From NCBI RefSeq assembly GCF_009914755.1, contig NC_060934.1: DNA of 64,000 nucleotides; one strand, written 5' to 3'. A model generated the notes under the pieces. The model was not told the DNA's origin and made no database searches. It was given only the letters and a program-made list of their open reading frames with translations. Source of the DNA: the human T2T-CHM13v2.0 reference genome, Homo sapiens. Position 1 is the first letter of the stretch. Every line of letters begins with the position of its first letter. Shown piece after piece: positions 44,031 to 55,755 of this stretch. The position numbers were made by a program, and so were the translations under genes.

Positions 44031-44525
44031 TTAGATAAGGCACAAAAAGATACCAAGAATGTTAACACTAGGCTGTACATCCTAAAACAGTCAGATGAGC
44101 TCACTGTTATAATTCTGGTTCACCGCAAGAACCTTAGCACAAAGAAAGGACTCAACAAACATTTGGATCCATGAATAAAATTATCTTCCCACATATAACC
44201 ACCTGCCTAAAACATTCTCCTCCTCCTTGAATTAAATTCACCATGTCTGCATCATAGGAGGCCCAAGGCCAGTACCCCCTCCCCATCTGCACACCCTGTG
44301 TTCAAACCAGTCCCAGCTCCTGTCATGTTATTGGCTTCTGAGTATCTGTATTAATAGTTGTTCCTGCCAGCATATGAAGATGAACAAATACACAACTGAG
44401 AGAGATCCAGGGATTTTAATCCACAGATGCCAGAGCTTGCTGGGATGTAGTCAGAAATCAAGCTGAACTCAGGAGTTCACAGTCTTTCCTGTAATGATGG
44501 TTGGGAGGTGAGGGAAGTCAGAGGC
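43778..44525 (-). other. ZWINT: ZWINT terminal non-coding exon 9 (3' UTR); 3' end approximate
   Basis: Pyrimidine-rich acceptor TCTTCTTCCCCAG|G at 44526/44525; first downstream AATAAA at 43802-43797. Confidence 0.75.
43797..43802 (-). terminator. Polyadenylation signal AATAAA of ZWINT
   Basis: TTTATT on + strand; T-rich downstream sequence on the minus strand; gives a ~3.8 kb gene span, consistent with the recalled gene size. Confidence 0.7.
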
Positions 44526-44757
44526 CTGGGGAAGAAGACAGGGGTTAGCTCTGGGTGGGCTAAGCATGGGAATGAGGTGTAACATAAGCTCTTTCCTGTT
44601 CCCACCATCCATCTGCTCCATGGGTAGCAGAGCTCAGATGCAGAGAGAGGTAAACCAGGCTTTCCCTCCTTCCACACTTGCAGTCCAGGGACACCAAGGC
44701 CTGAGTTGGGTCTGACCTTTTCTAGGATCTTTCTCCATGCTGCTGTCCTCCAGGAAG

Positions 44758-44799
44758 TCATGGCAAATTTACATCTCCAGCAGGTTGTAGACCAACAGC
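44758..44799 (-). CDS. ZWINT: ZWINT exon 8 coding part (AVGLQPAGDVNLP*); exon continues as UTR to 44717
   Basis: Acceptor CCAAG|GCT, TGA at 44760-44758, donor AAG|GTCAGA at 44717/44716. Confidence 0.92.
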   Translation of the reverse strand, partial: AVGLQPAGDVNLP

Positions 44800-47576
44800 C
44801 TTGGAGAAATACAGTATAGACAGTGGGTAAGGCCAATCTCCCAGCTTCTGTCTCCACCTGCCAGCCCATGCCCACCTGTTCCATCTCTCATTTACCTTGA
44901 AGGACACACCAGGGTCTCTCCCCATGGTGTCTCCTGTACTCTGCTCCTGGGGTCGAGTCGGCTGCTGGGGTTTATCATCTGGAAGATTCTCTGCCTCAGC
45001 CTCAGCCTCAGGGAACAACAGCTTACCCTGCAGGGTATACAGAAGCTGGAGGAAGGTCTGATACCTACAAAGAGGAGGTAAGTGTGAAGGAAAGGAATCT
45101 CAGCTGGACCATTTTGAATCTGCAGCCCATGCTCCCGAACTTACCTCTGCAGCTTGTCCCGCTCCTGTTCTGCCTGCTGCTTCAGGTTTCCAAGTTTCTG
45201 AAACACCCCGTCAAGCTCCTGCTGAGTCCCTGTCTTACGCTCCCTCACCTCTGCAGAAACCTCCGCCAGATGCTGCAGATGCTTCTCCTGCCAGGAGTGA
45301 GCATGCAGACATTATGCATCAGATGTTGAAGTCTTAGAAACTCCCTCCAACCCCTCCAGCCTACACCCAGCTCAGGGCTCAGGCTCAATGATGAAAAGAG
45401 GGACTCTATTCACTTCAGGGTGGAGTAGGGGCCTAGAGAAAAGGAAAGATCAGAATGAGCTGTTCTAGGGTGAGGCATTCTTGGGGGGAAGGGGCACAAA
45501 GGTGATAACACTTATTTAACTTGCTATGTGCCAGGTACTATTTTAAAGTCCTTGCTGTAATGATCATTTAATCATCTTAATAACTCTCTAGAGTAGGTGG
45601 TATTATTGCCTTCATTTTAAATAAAGAAACAGAAAGTTAGGTGACCTGCCCAAGATCATGCAGTGGTAAGTGGTGACACTGAGATTCAAGCCCATGTTGG
45701 TATTTATATTATAGTGCCTCAAAGGAGGAAGCAAAACGGTTTTCTAGACAGGGGACACAGCCGATACAATGGCATGGTGGTGGGAAGGGATATTCTCCTA
45801 GGGGGACGAACCTACCTGTTGTAGCTGCCACTGGTTCTGGACTGCTCTGCGTTTCTCCATGGCCATTTGTTTCTACAGATAAGCAAGGGAGAAAGACCAA
45901 GAGAAGTCTATTTTTTCTGGCTAGAATTTTGGGAGATTGCAAGCTGGCACAACTCAGCTTGCTCACTCTTTCCCTCTTCCTTTCTAACTGCCCTTCCCTC
46001 CCTGTACTCAAGACCCCTGGGTGTACCTTGGCCTGGAGCTGCTCAAAGGCTTCCCGGAGTTGTGTCCGTTTCCTCTGGGCTTCCTCCATCTGAGTCAGGG
46101 CCTTGGTGAGGCCAATTTTGATGGCCTCTACGTGCTCCCTGTAGGTGGCCTTCAGCTCTTTCCATTGTTCCTTAGCTGCAATTGCCTTCTGTCCTGAGAT
46201 GAGCCACCAGGAATGAGTACATGAGTGAGGGTGGCCTGCTAGCCTGCCTCCCTGCAACACTGGGCCTCCTTCCCATCAGCCAAATGGGAGACCTAACTGA
46301 AATCCTCCTTCCTTCCCCACTCAGGTCAGCTGCTACTACAATCCCCTGCCTACTCACGGCTCGTGTCTTCAGAAGCCAAGGGGTCGAGACCCTTAGCAGT
46401 GTCCTCCTGAGCCAGGATGTTCTGCAGGAAATCCGCTACCTGAAGCTGGCTGCAGAGCAGCTTGTCTTTCTTCTGAGAGTCCTGCTCAGAGGGAGGGCAG
46501 AGACAGGGAACATCCTTACCTCCTTACAGGTTTCCTTAAGTCTGCTCTCTGCCAATGCTGCCCTGTATCTCAGTAAGAGGAGCCAGGACCAGACCCTGGC
46601 TTCTGAAAGGCTCGCTCTCATCTTGTACATACCACCACAAACTCAACCAGGATCTTGGCTGGCAGTTCTGCCTCCTCCTGCAGGCCTACAGGTTCCAAGA
46701 TGCCTGCCACCTCAGCCAGGACCCTGGAGGGGCAAGGAAACACAGGAAATTGCAGTTTCTTGTGGTGCTAGTTCTACAGTTCGTGTGTGTACACAAACAA
46801 ATGTGGATGTGTATATCAGTATATATAGTATTGAGAGTCTTGCCTTGACCAGAGTTTACACAAGGGCCTGAAGGGTCCACAGCCTGCAACCAGGAATGGC
46901 GTGCATGGAGGGCACACGGTGGTAATACGTGCCAAAAGGAAAATCAGCAGGGCTAGTGGATAAGGAGTTTGAGAAAAGAGCTGAAATTTTAAATAGGGAG
47001 TGTCTCACTGAAGAGAAATCATTTGAGTCAAGATGTGAAGGAAGCCAGGGAGATATGCAAGGAAGGGGAAGAATGCTGGGCCTTGGGATCCCTCCTGGCG
47101 CTGAGCACCAGCCTTGGGGCAGAGTCTTGGAATAGCTGAGAAAGGACTCAGGGCAGAGGGCTGGATGCCTTGGTCTACTCTAGGGTTTTTCATTATTAGG
47201 GACTGGAGCAATCTACGAAGGGGCAGGGATGGGGATGAGAAGTGACTGGGAATGTGTCGTGTTGGGACAAGAAGACAGAAGTGAAACCGTCTCCTAGAGC
47301 ACATCCTGTGGATTATGTGGATGTGGGGAGCGGCGAACGGTCCCCCAAAGGCTGTACTCCTGGAGCAGGCAACAGACACCTCAGGAACCTAAGACGGGAC
47401 TGCGGTGAGGATCACTTCACGGCAGGGTCGAACCTCAACAGCTGTACAGGGTCGAGGGCACCAATCATTACACATAGGGGCCCACAAGGTCCTCCCAGGC
47501 CCGGCCCCAGCTGCCACTTAGCCGCAAACACTTACTCTAGGGCTGCAGCTTCCGCCTCTGTCTCCGCTGCCTCCAT
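44758..47576 (-). CDS. ZWINT: ZW10-interacting kinetochore protein (Zwint-1), spliced CDS join(47576-47536,46723-46633,46481-46358,46193-46027,45872-45816,45287-45145,45064-44896,44799-44758), 277 aa
   Basis: Exon lengths 41+91+124+167+57+143+169+42=834 nt, all introns GT-AG. Translation MEAAETEAEAAALEVLAEVAGILEP...QKAIAAKEQWKELKATYREHVEAIKIGL...AVGLQPAGDVNLP* matches recalled human ZWINT. Confidence 0.97.
44896..45064 (-). CDS. ZWINT: ZWINT exon 7 (YQTFLQLL...PGVSFK)
   Basis: Acceptor GTAG|G, donor AAG|GTAAAT. Confidence 0.95.
45145..45287 (-). CDS. ZWINT: ZWINT exon 6 (EKHLQHLAE...DKLQR)
   Basis: Acceptor GCAG|GAG, donor AG|GTAAGT. Confidence 0.95.
45505..45700 (-). mobile_element. MIR in ZWINT intron 5
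   Basis: ctatgtgccaggtact...gttaggtgacctgcccaagatcatgcag. Confidence 0.75.
45816..45872 (-). CDS. ZWINT: ZWINT exon 5 (KQMAMEKRRAVQNQWQLQQ)
   Basis: Acceptor GTAG|AAA, donor CAG|GTAGGT. Confidence 0.95.
46027..46193 (-). CDS. ZWINT: ZWINT exon 4 (RQKAIAAKEQW...QLQAK)
   Basis: Acceptor TCAG|GA, donor AAG|GTACAC; visible in ORF 45709..46260. Confidence 0.95.
46358..46481 (-). CDS. ZWINT: ZWINT exon 3 (DSQKKDKLLC...EDTS)
   Basis: Acceptor GCAG|GAC, donor C|GTGAGT. Confidence 0.95.
46633..46723 (-). CDS. ZWINT: ZWINT exon 2 (VLAEVAGILEP...EFVV)
   Basis: Acceptor CCAG|G, donor GTG|GTATGT, frame continuous. Confidence 0.95.
46980..47080 (-). mobile_element. L2 fragment in ZWINT intron 1
   Basis: aattttaaataggg..ctcactgaagag..atttgagtcaagatgtgaagga. 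Confidence 0.5.
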
Positions 47577-47880
47577 CTTTCCAGGCGCCGAGTTCAGCTG
47601 CCTTCCCACAATACCTAAGATTACTTTGAAGTCACAGTCGACTTCGCGCCGGGGCAGGCGATTGGCTGCAGAGGTTAGTGGGCGGGCATCAAGGACCATT
47701 GTGCGCTCTAATTGGCAGGCGCGGATTCGCTCGTTGGCGGGCCTCGCTGCTTGGCGCAAGCGCGGTTATGGCTAGGCGCGCACGGGCTCTGCGCCTGCGC
47801 GCTAGTCCTTACGCGGTGCCAGAGACTATAAGTGGGCTTGAGCTCGACCGCGCGCCTGTGGAAGTTCTTTCTCTACTCGA
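47380..47880 (-). promoter_or_regulatory. CpG-island promoter of ZWINT
   Basis: Only CpG-dense GC-rich tract outside repeats. CHR TTTGAA 47625-47630, E2F-like TTCGCGCC 47643-47650, CCAAT boxes (ATTGG) 47661-47665 and 47711-47715, GC box 47680-47686, E2F-like TTGGCGGG 47734 and TTGGCGC 47751, NRF1-like TGCGCCTGCGC 47790-47800. Confidence 0.85.
47536..47576 (-). CDS. ZWINT: ZWINT coding exon 1 (MEAAETEAEAAALE)
   Basis: ATG at 47576 in strong Kozak context (GGAAAGATGG); donor GA|GTAAGT. Confidence 0.95.
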
Positions 47881-48328
47881 AAAAGGGAAAGCATTTCCTT
47901 GAGTTTGCGTTTTAAGGGAAACTTACAGCATTGACACTTTATTTAAAATATTCACTACTGCTGTAGAAAAAAAAAAACAAAACCCCGAAAAACAGTGGGG
48001 CTGTTTCTAAGACGCTGGGAATCAGTAAAGAATAGTGATCCGGGAGATACAGGAAGCAAATGATCTGCGCTCAAAAAGCGAGCTGCTTTCAAAGATATTA
48101 GTATTTTATAGATGCGATGCAGGAGAGTGAACTCAAGCAGAGCCCAGCCGATTGCCTGCGTTGGCAAAATAGAACAGATATTCTGGGGAGACCAAGGTAG
48201 GTAATGTTCTTTGCAGAGTACAGGAGAAAGATAACTGCTGAGAGAGAACTTGGTATTCATTCAGCTGAGTACTGAGCAGTATGTGTCTCAAGAAACTAGC
48301 TAAAAGATTTTTAAAGATACCAGGACAT

Positions 48329-48664
48329 GGCCGGTCGCGGTGGCTCACGTCTGTAATCCCAGCACTTTGTGAGTCTGAGGCAGGTGAATTACGATGTCAG
48401 GAGTTTGAGACCAGCCTGGCCAACATGGTGAAACCCCCGTCTCTACTAAAAGTACAAAAAAAATTAGTTGGGCGTGGTGGTGGGCGCTTGTAATCCCAGC
48501 TATTCGGGAGGCTGAGGCAGGAGAATTGCTTGAACCAGGGAGGCTGAGGTTGCAGTTAGCCGAAATTGCGCCACAGCACTACAGCCCTGGTGACAGTGCG
48601 AGACTCCGTCTCACAAAAAAAAAAAAATACATATATATATATATATATATAAATATATATATAT
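48329..48664 (+). mobile_element. AluS with A/(TA)n tail
   Basis: Dimeric Alu; GGACAT duplicated at both flanks. Confidence 0.9.
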
Positions 48665-50398
48665 GGACATTACAGAGGGTCAGAAATAGTCTCTATTTCC
48701 ACTAACCAGGCTGGAAAACTTCATAGTCCGTAGGACACTGGACAGAGTACACACAAAAAAGTCTTGATTTGATAGTTGTTTACTAATTATTTAGTAGGCA
48801 GTAATTAGTCCTAGCTGATCAGTGCTGTAGTGCCATCTAACTCTTAAAAGTAAGACCCAAATGGATCAAACTTAACAAACCATGACAGATGACAAGACCA
48901 AACTTCAGCAGTATTTATAGAAATAGAAAAATGTTCACCAAAGGTGCAATTTACATATGTCATACAAAGAAAAATTACCAAGCTTGCAAAAAGAAAAAAA
49001 AAAACACATAATGAGGAGAAAAATCAATTGCTGATCAGAACTGAAGTAATGTTAGAATCAACAGGCAAGGACATTAAAACAGTTATTGTAACTATATCCC
49101 ATATCTTCAAAAAGATATCAGAACTATAATGAAAAAGGTAAGTGGTGCTAAGGATGTAAAGAAAGTGGAATTCTCATGTTGATGGAAATGTAAACTGGTG
49201 CATAGGCTTTGAACGTAGGGTTACCATATGAGTCACAATTTCATTCCTAGTTATATATCCAAGACAAATAAAAACATGGGGACACAAAAGTACACAAACC
49301 TCTATAGCAGCATTATTCACAAAAGCTGAAAGGTAAAAACAACCCAAAGGCCCATTAGCTGGTGAGTGAAAATGCATACTTTCATTCAATGAAGTATTAA
49401 TCAGTAGTAAAGAGAACTTTATTACATGCTAAATAATGGTTACTACATGCTAAAATATGAACCTTGAAAATATACTAAGTGAAAGAAGCTAATTACAAAA
49501 GACCACATAATATATTATTTCATTTATGTGAAATGTCTAGATTTGACAAATCTATAGCAACAGAAAGTAAATTTATATAGTGCTTGTCCAGGGCTGGGGA
49601 TTGGTGGGAATGAGAGGTTGAGAGAGTATGGGGAGGGACTGCAAATGGATATAGTGTTTCTTTTAAAGGGATAAATAAAATGTTCTACACTTCGGTTATG
49701 GTGAAGGTTGTACAATTCTATACAGAAAACCGCTAAATTTACACTTTACTGCTGTCATAAAAGCTGTTAAAAAAGTTAATCAAAGACACAAAGCTTGTAA
49801 TAAAGACCTAAATCAAACTTGTAGAGGTGAACACTACAATGTGATAGATGGAATTAGATGGTATTAATATAGTATGTTACACATTGCAGAATGAAAGTGA
49901 AACACAGCTCTAGAGAAACTACCCAAAATCAATCACAACATTAAAAAATGAAAATAAAGTAACATGAACAAATCAATGGTGAGCTGTGAGACAACTTCTA
50001 ACAGCCTAATAATATACTTGAAAGTGGAGTCTCAGAGAGGCAAGGGGAGAGGACAAGAAAACAAGTAATAAAGACCAAAAAATTTGAAATGTGATGAAAA
50101 ATATAAATTCATATATTCAAGAAGCTTCACAAATCTCAAACACAAGAAATATTAAGAAAATGACATCAAGTTATACCATAATTGCATAACTCAAAACCAT
50201 TGATAAAAAATTCTAAAGTAATAAGGGGTGTTGGGGCACATGTTACATAGAAACAAAGATAAGGATTACGGGAAATTTCTTCTTGGAACAATGCAAGCAA
50301 GACAGTAGAGTAACATCTTTCAAGTACTGTAAGAATAAAAAAAAGTCAACCTTGATTTCTGTTTCCAGCAAACAGCTTTCAAAAATGAAGACTAACTA

Positions 50399-50710
<312 letters not shown>

Positions 50711-50844
50711 CTAAAGACATTCTTAAACACACAAAAATGGAAGGAAATTTTCAGCATAAGATCCCACATGAAACAAGAAGTTCTTCAGGCAGAATGAAAA
50801 TGGCATTAGCTTCAAATCTGAATGTATACAAAGGAGTGAAATGT

Positions 50845-50975
50845 GGTCCTGGCTACTTAGGAGTCTGAGGTGGGAAGATCACTTGAGCCCAGTTCAAAGC
50901 TGTGATGAGTTGGTCATGCCATTGCACTTCAGCCTGGGTAACAAAGTGAGACCCTATCTTTAAAGGAAAAAAAAT
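50845..50975 (+). mobile_element. Alu right-arm/monomer fragment (J-age)
   Basis: gctacttaggagtctgaggtgggaagatcacttgagccc. Confidence 0.7.
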
Positions 50976-51139
50976 TGTGATGTGGGTTTTATAACATATG
51001 TAAAAGTAAAATGTAGCACAAAGTGTGGGAGAGAAGAAATAAAAGTAAATTTATATGCTTGTATAGTTTCTCTGAAGTTTTGTTATCAGTTGAAGGTGAA
51101 CTGATGAGTTAAAACTGTGTTCTAGACTCTGAAGCAATA

Positions 51140-51730
51140 GTGCCAACACACTTTAGAAGGGCTACCAGTGAGTCATTTCCTTGTGTGATTTCTTTCTTTC
51201 TAGTGCAGATAGAAATTGTGACCAATAGAATACAATAAAGGTGATGGGATGTCATTCTATTGATTAGGTTGCTTGTTAGGCAGAGGGGATAGCATGCCAC
51301 TCTCATGCCTCCATTTCCATGTATAGCAGAAGCTTAGCAGACTGCACAAAAAAAAGAGGGATTCTCCTTCTGGCCTGGAAGAAGCATACAACCATGTTGT
51401 AAGTTGCCTGTGGTAGTTATCACATGGCAAGGAACTCTGAGTGGCCTTTAGGACCTGTAAATAGACCTGAGCTGATAGCCAATGAATAGATGGGGCCCTC
51501 AGTCAAACAGCCCTGAGGGGATTAAGTTTCTACAAATAATCAAATAAAAAATAACGCTACTCAGTTAACATCGTGATTGAAAACTTGTGAGACCTTGAGC
51601 AGAATGCAAAACCTTGACCCAGTGAAACTGTCTTAAAATCTTGACTTGTAGAAACTGTGAGATAATAAATGTGTTTTTTTAAGATTCTAAATTGTGATAA
51701 TTTGTTACATAGCAATAGAAAACTATTATA
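51140..51730 (+). mobile_element. MaLR LTR (MLT1E/F-like)
   Basis: gaccaatagaat..., cacatggcaaggaactctgagtggcc, gaaactgtgagataataaatg...gcaatagaaaacta. Confidence 0.7.
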
Positions 51731-52060
51731 AACTTCTAAAACAAAGAATTGTAGGTAACAAATCAATAAAGGAGATAAAATATAAACAACTAATCCAAAA
51801 GAAGGCAGAAAAAGTGAAGACGAACAAAGAAAAAAATGAAGAGAATAAAAAACAAATAGCAAAATGATAGGTATAAGCCTAAGCATATGTGTTATCACCG
51901 TTAAATGTAAATACCTTAAATATACCATTAAAAGGGAGAGATTATTAGATTGGATACCACAGCAAAATTACGTTAAGTACACTAAATATAAAGAAATAAA
52001 AGGATGGAAAAATACCATGCTAATATTAATCAGATGAAAGCTGAAGTGGCTATTTTAGGG

Positions 52061-52063
<3 letters not shown>

Positions 52064-52109
<46 letters not shown>

Positions 52110-52147
52110 GTATATCTATATATATATATCTATATATATATAGATAT
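52064..52147. repeat. (CA)n(TA)n compound microsatellite
   Basis: Read directly from the sequence. Confidence 0.9.
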
Positions 52148-55100
52148 ATAGATATACATATATATATTTGGGCAAAAGGCTGTCACCAGAAATAAGAAAG
52201 TGATATTATCATGATAAAGGGGTCAATTAATCATGTGAACTTAATCATAAATGTTTTTGGACACCTAATATGAGATCATCAAAATACATGAATCAAAAAC
52301 TGAACTGCAAGGAGAAATAGATAAATCCATAGTCATTGTTGAGATTTCAATAAGCCACTTACAATAATTTATAGAACACTGAACCTAACAGCAGAATAGT
52401 CATGCTTTCCCAGTGTATACCCAATAGTCAAGTCCATATTATGGGTCATAAAATTAGCCTGAACAATTATAAATGAATAGTACAATGCAAAATATATAGT
52501 TTTTTTGTTTGTAAACGATCTAAATAGCCTCCTACATGCATTGAATGTGATGTTGTATGCTAATGTTGCAGTCTTTTTCTTTGACTTAATTAACTCCTAA
52601 CATCTTTAGATTTCTGCTCAAATTTTTCAGACATGATCTAGATTATTGTTCAGATTTTTCAGACATGATCAAACCTTCCTTCACCTATATGCCTATATCA
52701 GGCCTCCTTACTATAGGCTCACAAAGCTCTACAGACTTTTTATCTAGTCACAGTTGCATTTTACATCTGCTTGTAGAATTATTTGAGTGATATCTCTTCT
52801 TTTCTAATAAGCTTATTGAGGATAAATGCTATTTTTTGTTAATAGTTGATACTAATAATTTGTTCTATGCACATAAGGGACAATTCATGCAAGGCTGCAG
52901 TAGGTCATTTTAAGCATATTGGTTTTATATAAACATAGTAGAAATCTATTGAAAGTTTCTTCATAATTAGATGGCAAGTCAGATTTTAGTATTGCAAAGT
53001 TAAGCCTCAATTATGGGTGGAAAAATAAAAGGTTGAAAAATGTGATTATTCCAGTAGGCTTAGTAAAAGGTGAAAACATTTTTGGATTCTATAAGTAACT
53101 TGGCACTAAAGATACAAATAGCTCGATATATTTAGGTGAAATACTTCATAGGTTTTATCATTTGTTGGATATGTTGGAGTTACTAAACGATGTATAAAAT
53201 ATGTTACTTCAGTTTCTGATGGTGCAACTGGATGAACTGTGATACAATTTATTTAAATAGTGATTCCTGGAAGATAATTCTATTTGACAAATGACAGAGG
53301 AAGATTTTCAACTTGATTTTGTTGACCTACCTATTAGAGGCATTTTAGCTATTCATGTATATATTTTTAAAAGACATTTGAATGTGTCTTGAATGGATAA
53401 GGAGGTTTAGGGCTTGGAAAAATGTGAGAACTGGAAATATATATTTGATCAACATAAATATGTAGGCAATTGAAACTGTGGAGGTCAATGGCATTCCGTA
53501 TGCTGACTATAGAATGAACAAGAAAAGAATGCTGGAATCAATATAGTTGAGTAACTGACATATTGTGGATTTGTAGAAAAAAGATGAGTTTCTAGTAACA
53601 GAGAAGTACCTACAGTGACAGAAGCATTAAAGGAAATAAATTGAGATGCGTAATACAGAAAATTCTTAGGAGAATTTTCAGCAATTTTTCATTAGCCAAT
53701 GTTTTAACGCTCTCCATTGCAATTTGTATTGTATGCATACTTCCAATTTAATGAAAAATGCTTTTCCTATGCATTCCATAAAGAATCTTCTTGCTTGACT
53801 AGTAAGAGTTCATTCTGCTTGATGTGTCTATGTTTTAACACTGTCTACATATTCTACATTTATGTTACAGTAGAGATAATAAATGACACTTGCTAAAATG
53901 CACATTTTGATTAAAGTGGCAGGGATTGGCTTTATGTGTGAGAGTTTAGATACCTTTGATCTATTTATCACAAATTCCTATGAAGATACTGCCTTTTGAA
54001 TAAGATATTTTCCAAATGTATCAATGACATCACTGTTAACATCCAAATTTAAATAGTGTTTGATTAAACTGAAGACCAAACCGTTCAAGGATAAAACAAC
54101 AAATTGCAAGTCAAAATGACATGCTACAAGGTGACGTTGGAAAATAGGACTTTAAACATCATACTGCATAAATTTGCCAACTCTATTTCCCCCTCTACTT
54201 GGCTCTGATTGGGAGAGATCTGGCCTAAAATTCTAGTGAAAATAACTGTAGATCAATTAAAAGGTATAAGTCTATGTCTTACTTTTTTCTGTGTTGTCCA
54301 ATACGCAGCTTTTATTGTTTAGCACATATGAAATGGCTCTGAAAATAGTAGTTGCATTAGCACTTAAATAGAATATCAACTATATTATTAGAATATATGA
54401 AGTGAGCATGGAGGCAAATTCATGTGAGATTTATAGAGCATTAAGCAAATATAAGTAAGCAGATAAAACTTATCTTTGCATTTGTCTATAGGCAGAACAC
54501 CTCCAGTACTTAATAAAACATCAAAACTGACATCATACTTTTGGAATCTATTTCTATTGCATAGAAACTTCTGTTTGCTGTGTTTATCTCTCTCAGCATT
54601 GTTTTAGGAATTGAACCTATATTTCCAGATCATCACTTCCTTGAGGCAAGATCATCTAAATGGGTCATGGAAACCCAATAAATAAAAAAGATTATATATA
54701 AATATGTATGTATCTTAATATATACATATGGTCCCTGTCTTTCCCTCTCTGTACCTGTCTCTACATATATTTTCTCATGTATGTGAATATCTTACATTGT
54801 AAACATTATCTAAAAAGTAATATCTTGAAATTCACTTAATTTTCTCCTTGAATTTTAACACTAGCCTTTTTTCTCAATAGAATCTCTGATTGTTTGCTTT
54901 CTGTGTCACTTTTATTCACCGGTAGCTAAAATGTAATTTTATTGTGATATTTATTAACTTAGAGGCTTAAGCAATAATGGCTTAAATAAAGCACATGTGC
55001 TATAATGATTTCAAAGGATGCCTAAAAATGCACCTGTAGAAATCAGTTCACTTTGTATATGTATAGCAAAACTTGTTGTACACCTTAAATATATACAGTA

Positions 55101-55347
55101 AAATATTCCATGTACTATGTGTTACAATTGTCAAAAATATTTCTTCTACCTTCCTAAATGTAGGAATATTTCTACATTTATATCACATCCATTAACTGAT
55201 GGATGTTTTTCCAATATTTCTTAAATATTCTCCAAGCAGTCTTAAAACTTACATAATTTAACCTGCTGAATTTTTTTTAAAAAGATACTTTTGGTAATAG
55301 TAACTTTTAAAAAACATTTTTCCATAACTAGCATTACAAAATGATAA

Positions 55348-55755
<408 letters not shown>

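Noticed and set aside
44477-44884. 135-aa minus-strand ORF over intron 7, exon 8 and the 3' UTR
   Set aside because: Out of frame with ZWINT, starts in an intron, no homology recognised
46221-46871. 216-aa + strand ORF antisense to ZWINT exons 2-3
   Set aside because: Shadow ORF over GC-rich coding and intronic sequence; no recognisable domain and no nearby + strand promoter upstream of it
47242-47775. 177-aa + strand ORF across the CpG island
   Set aside because: GTG start, Arg/Ala/Gly/Pro-rich; stop codons are naturally scarce in CpG islands
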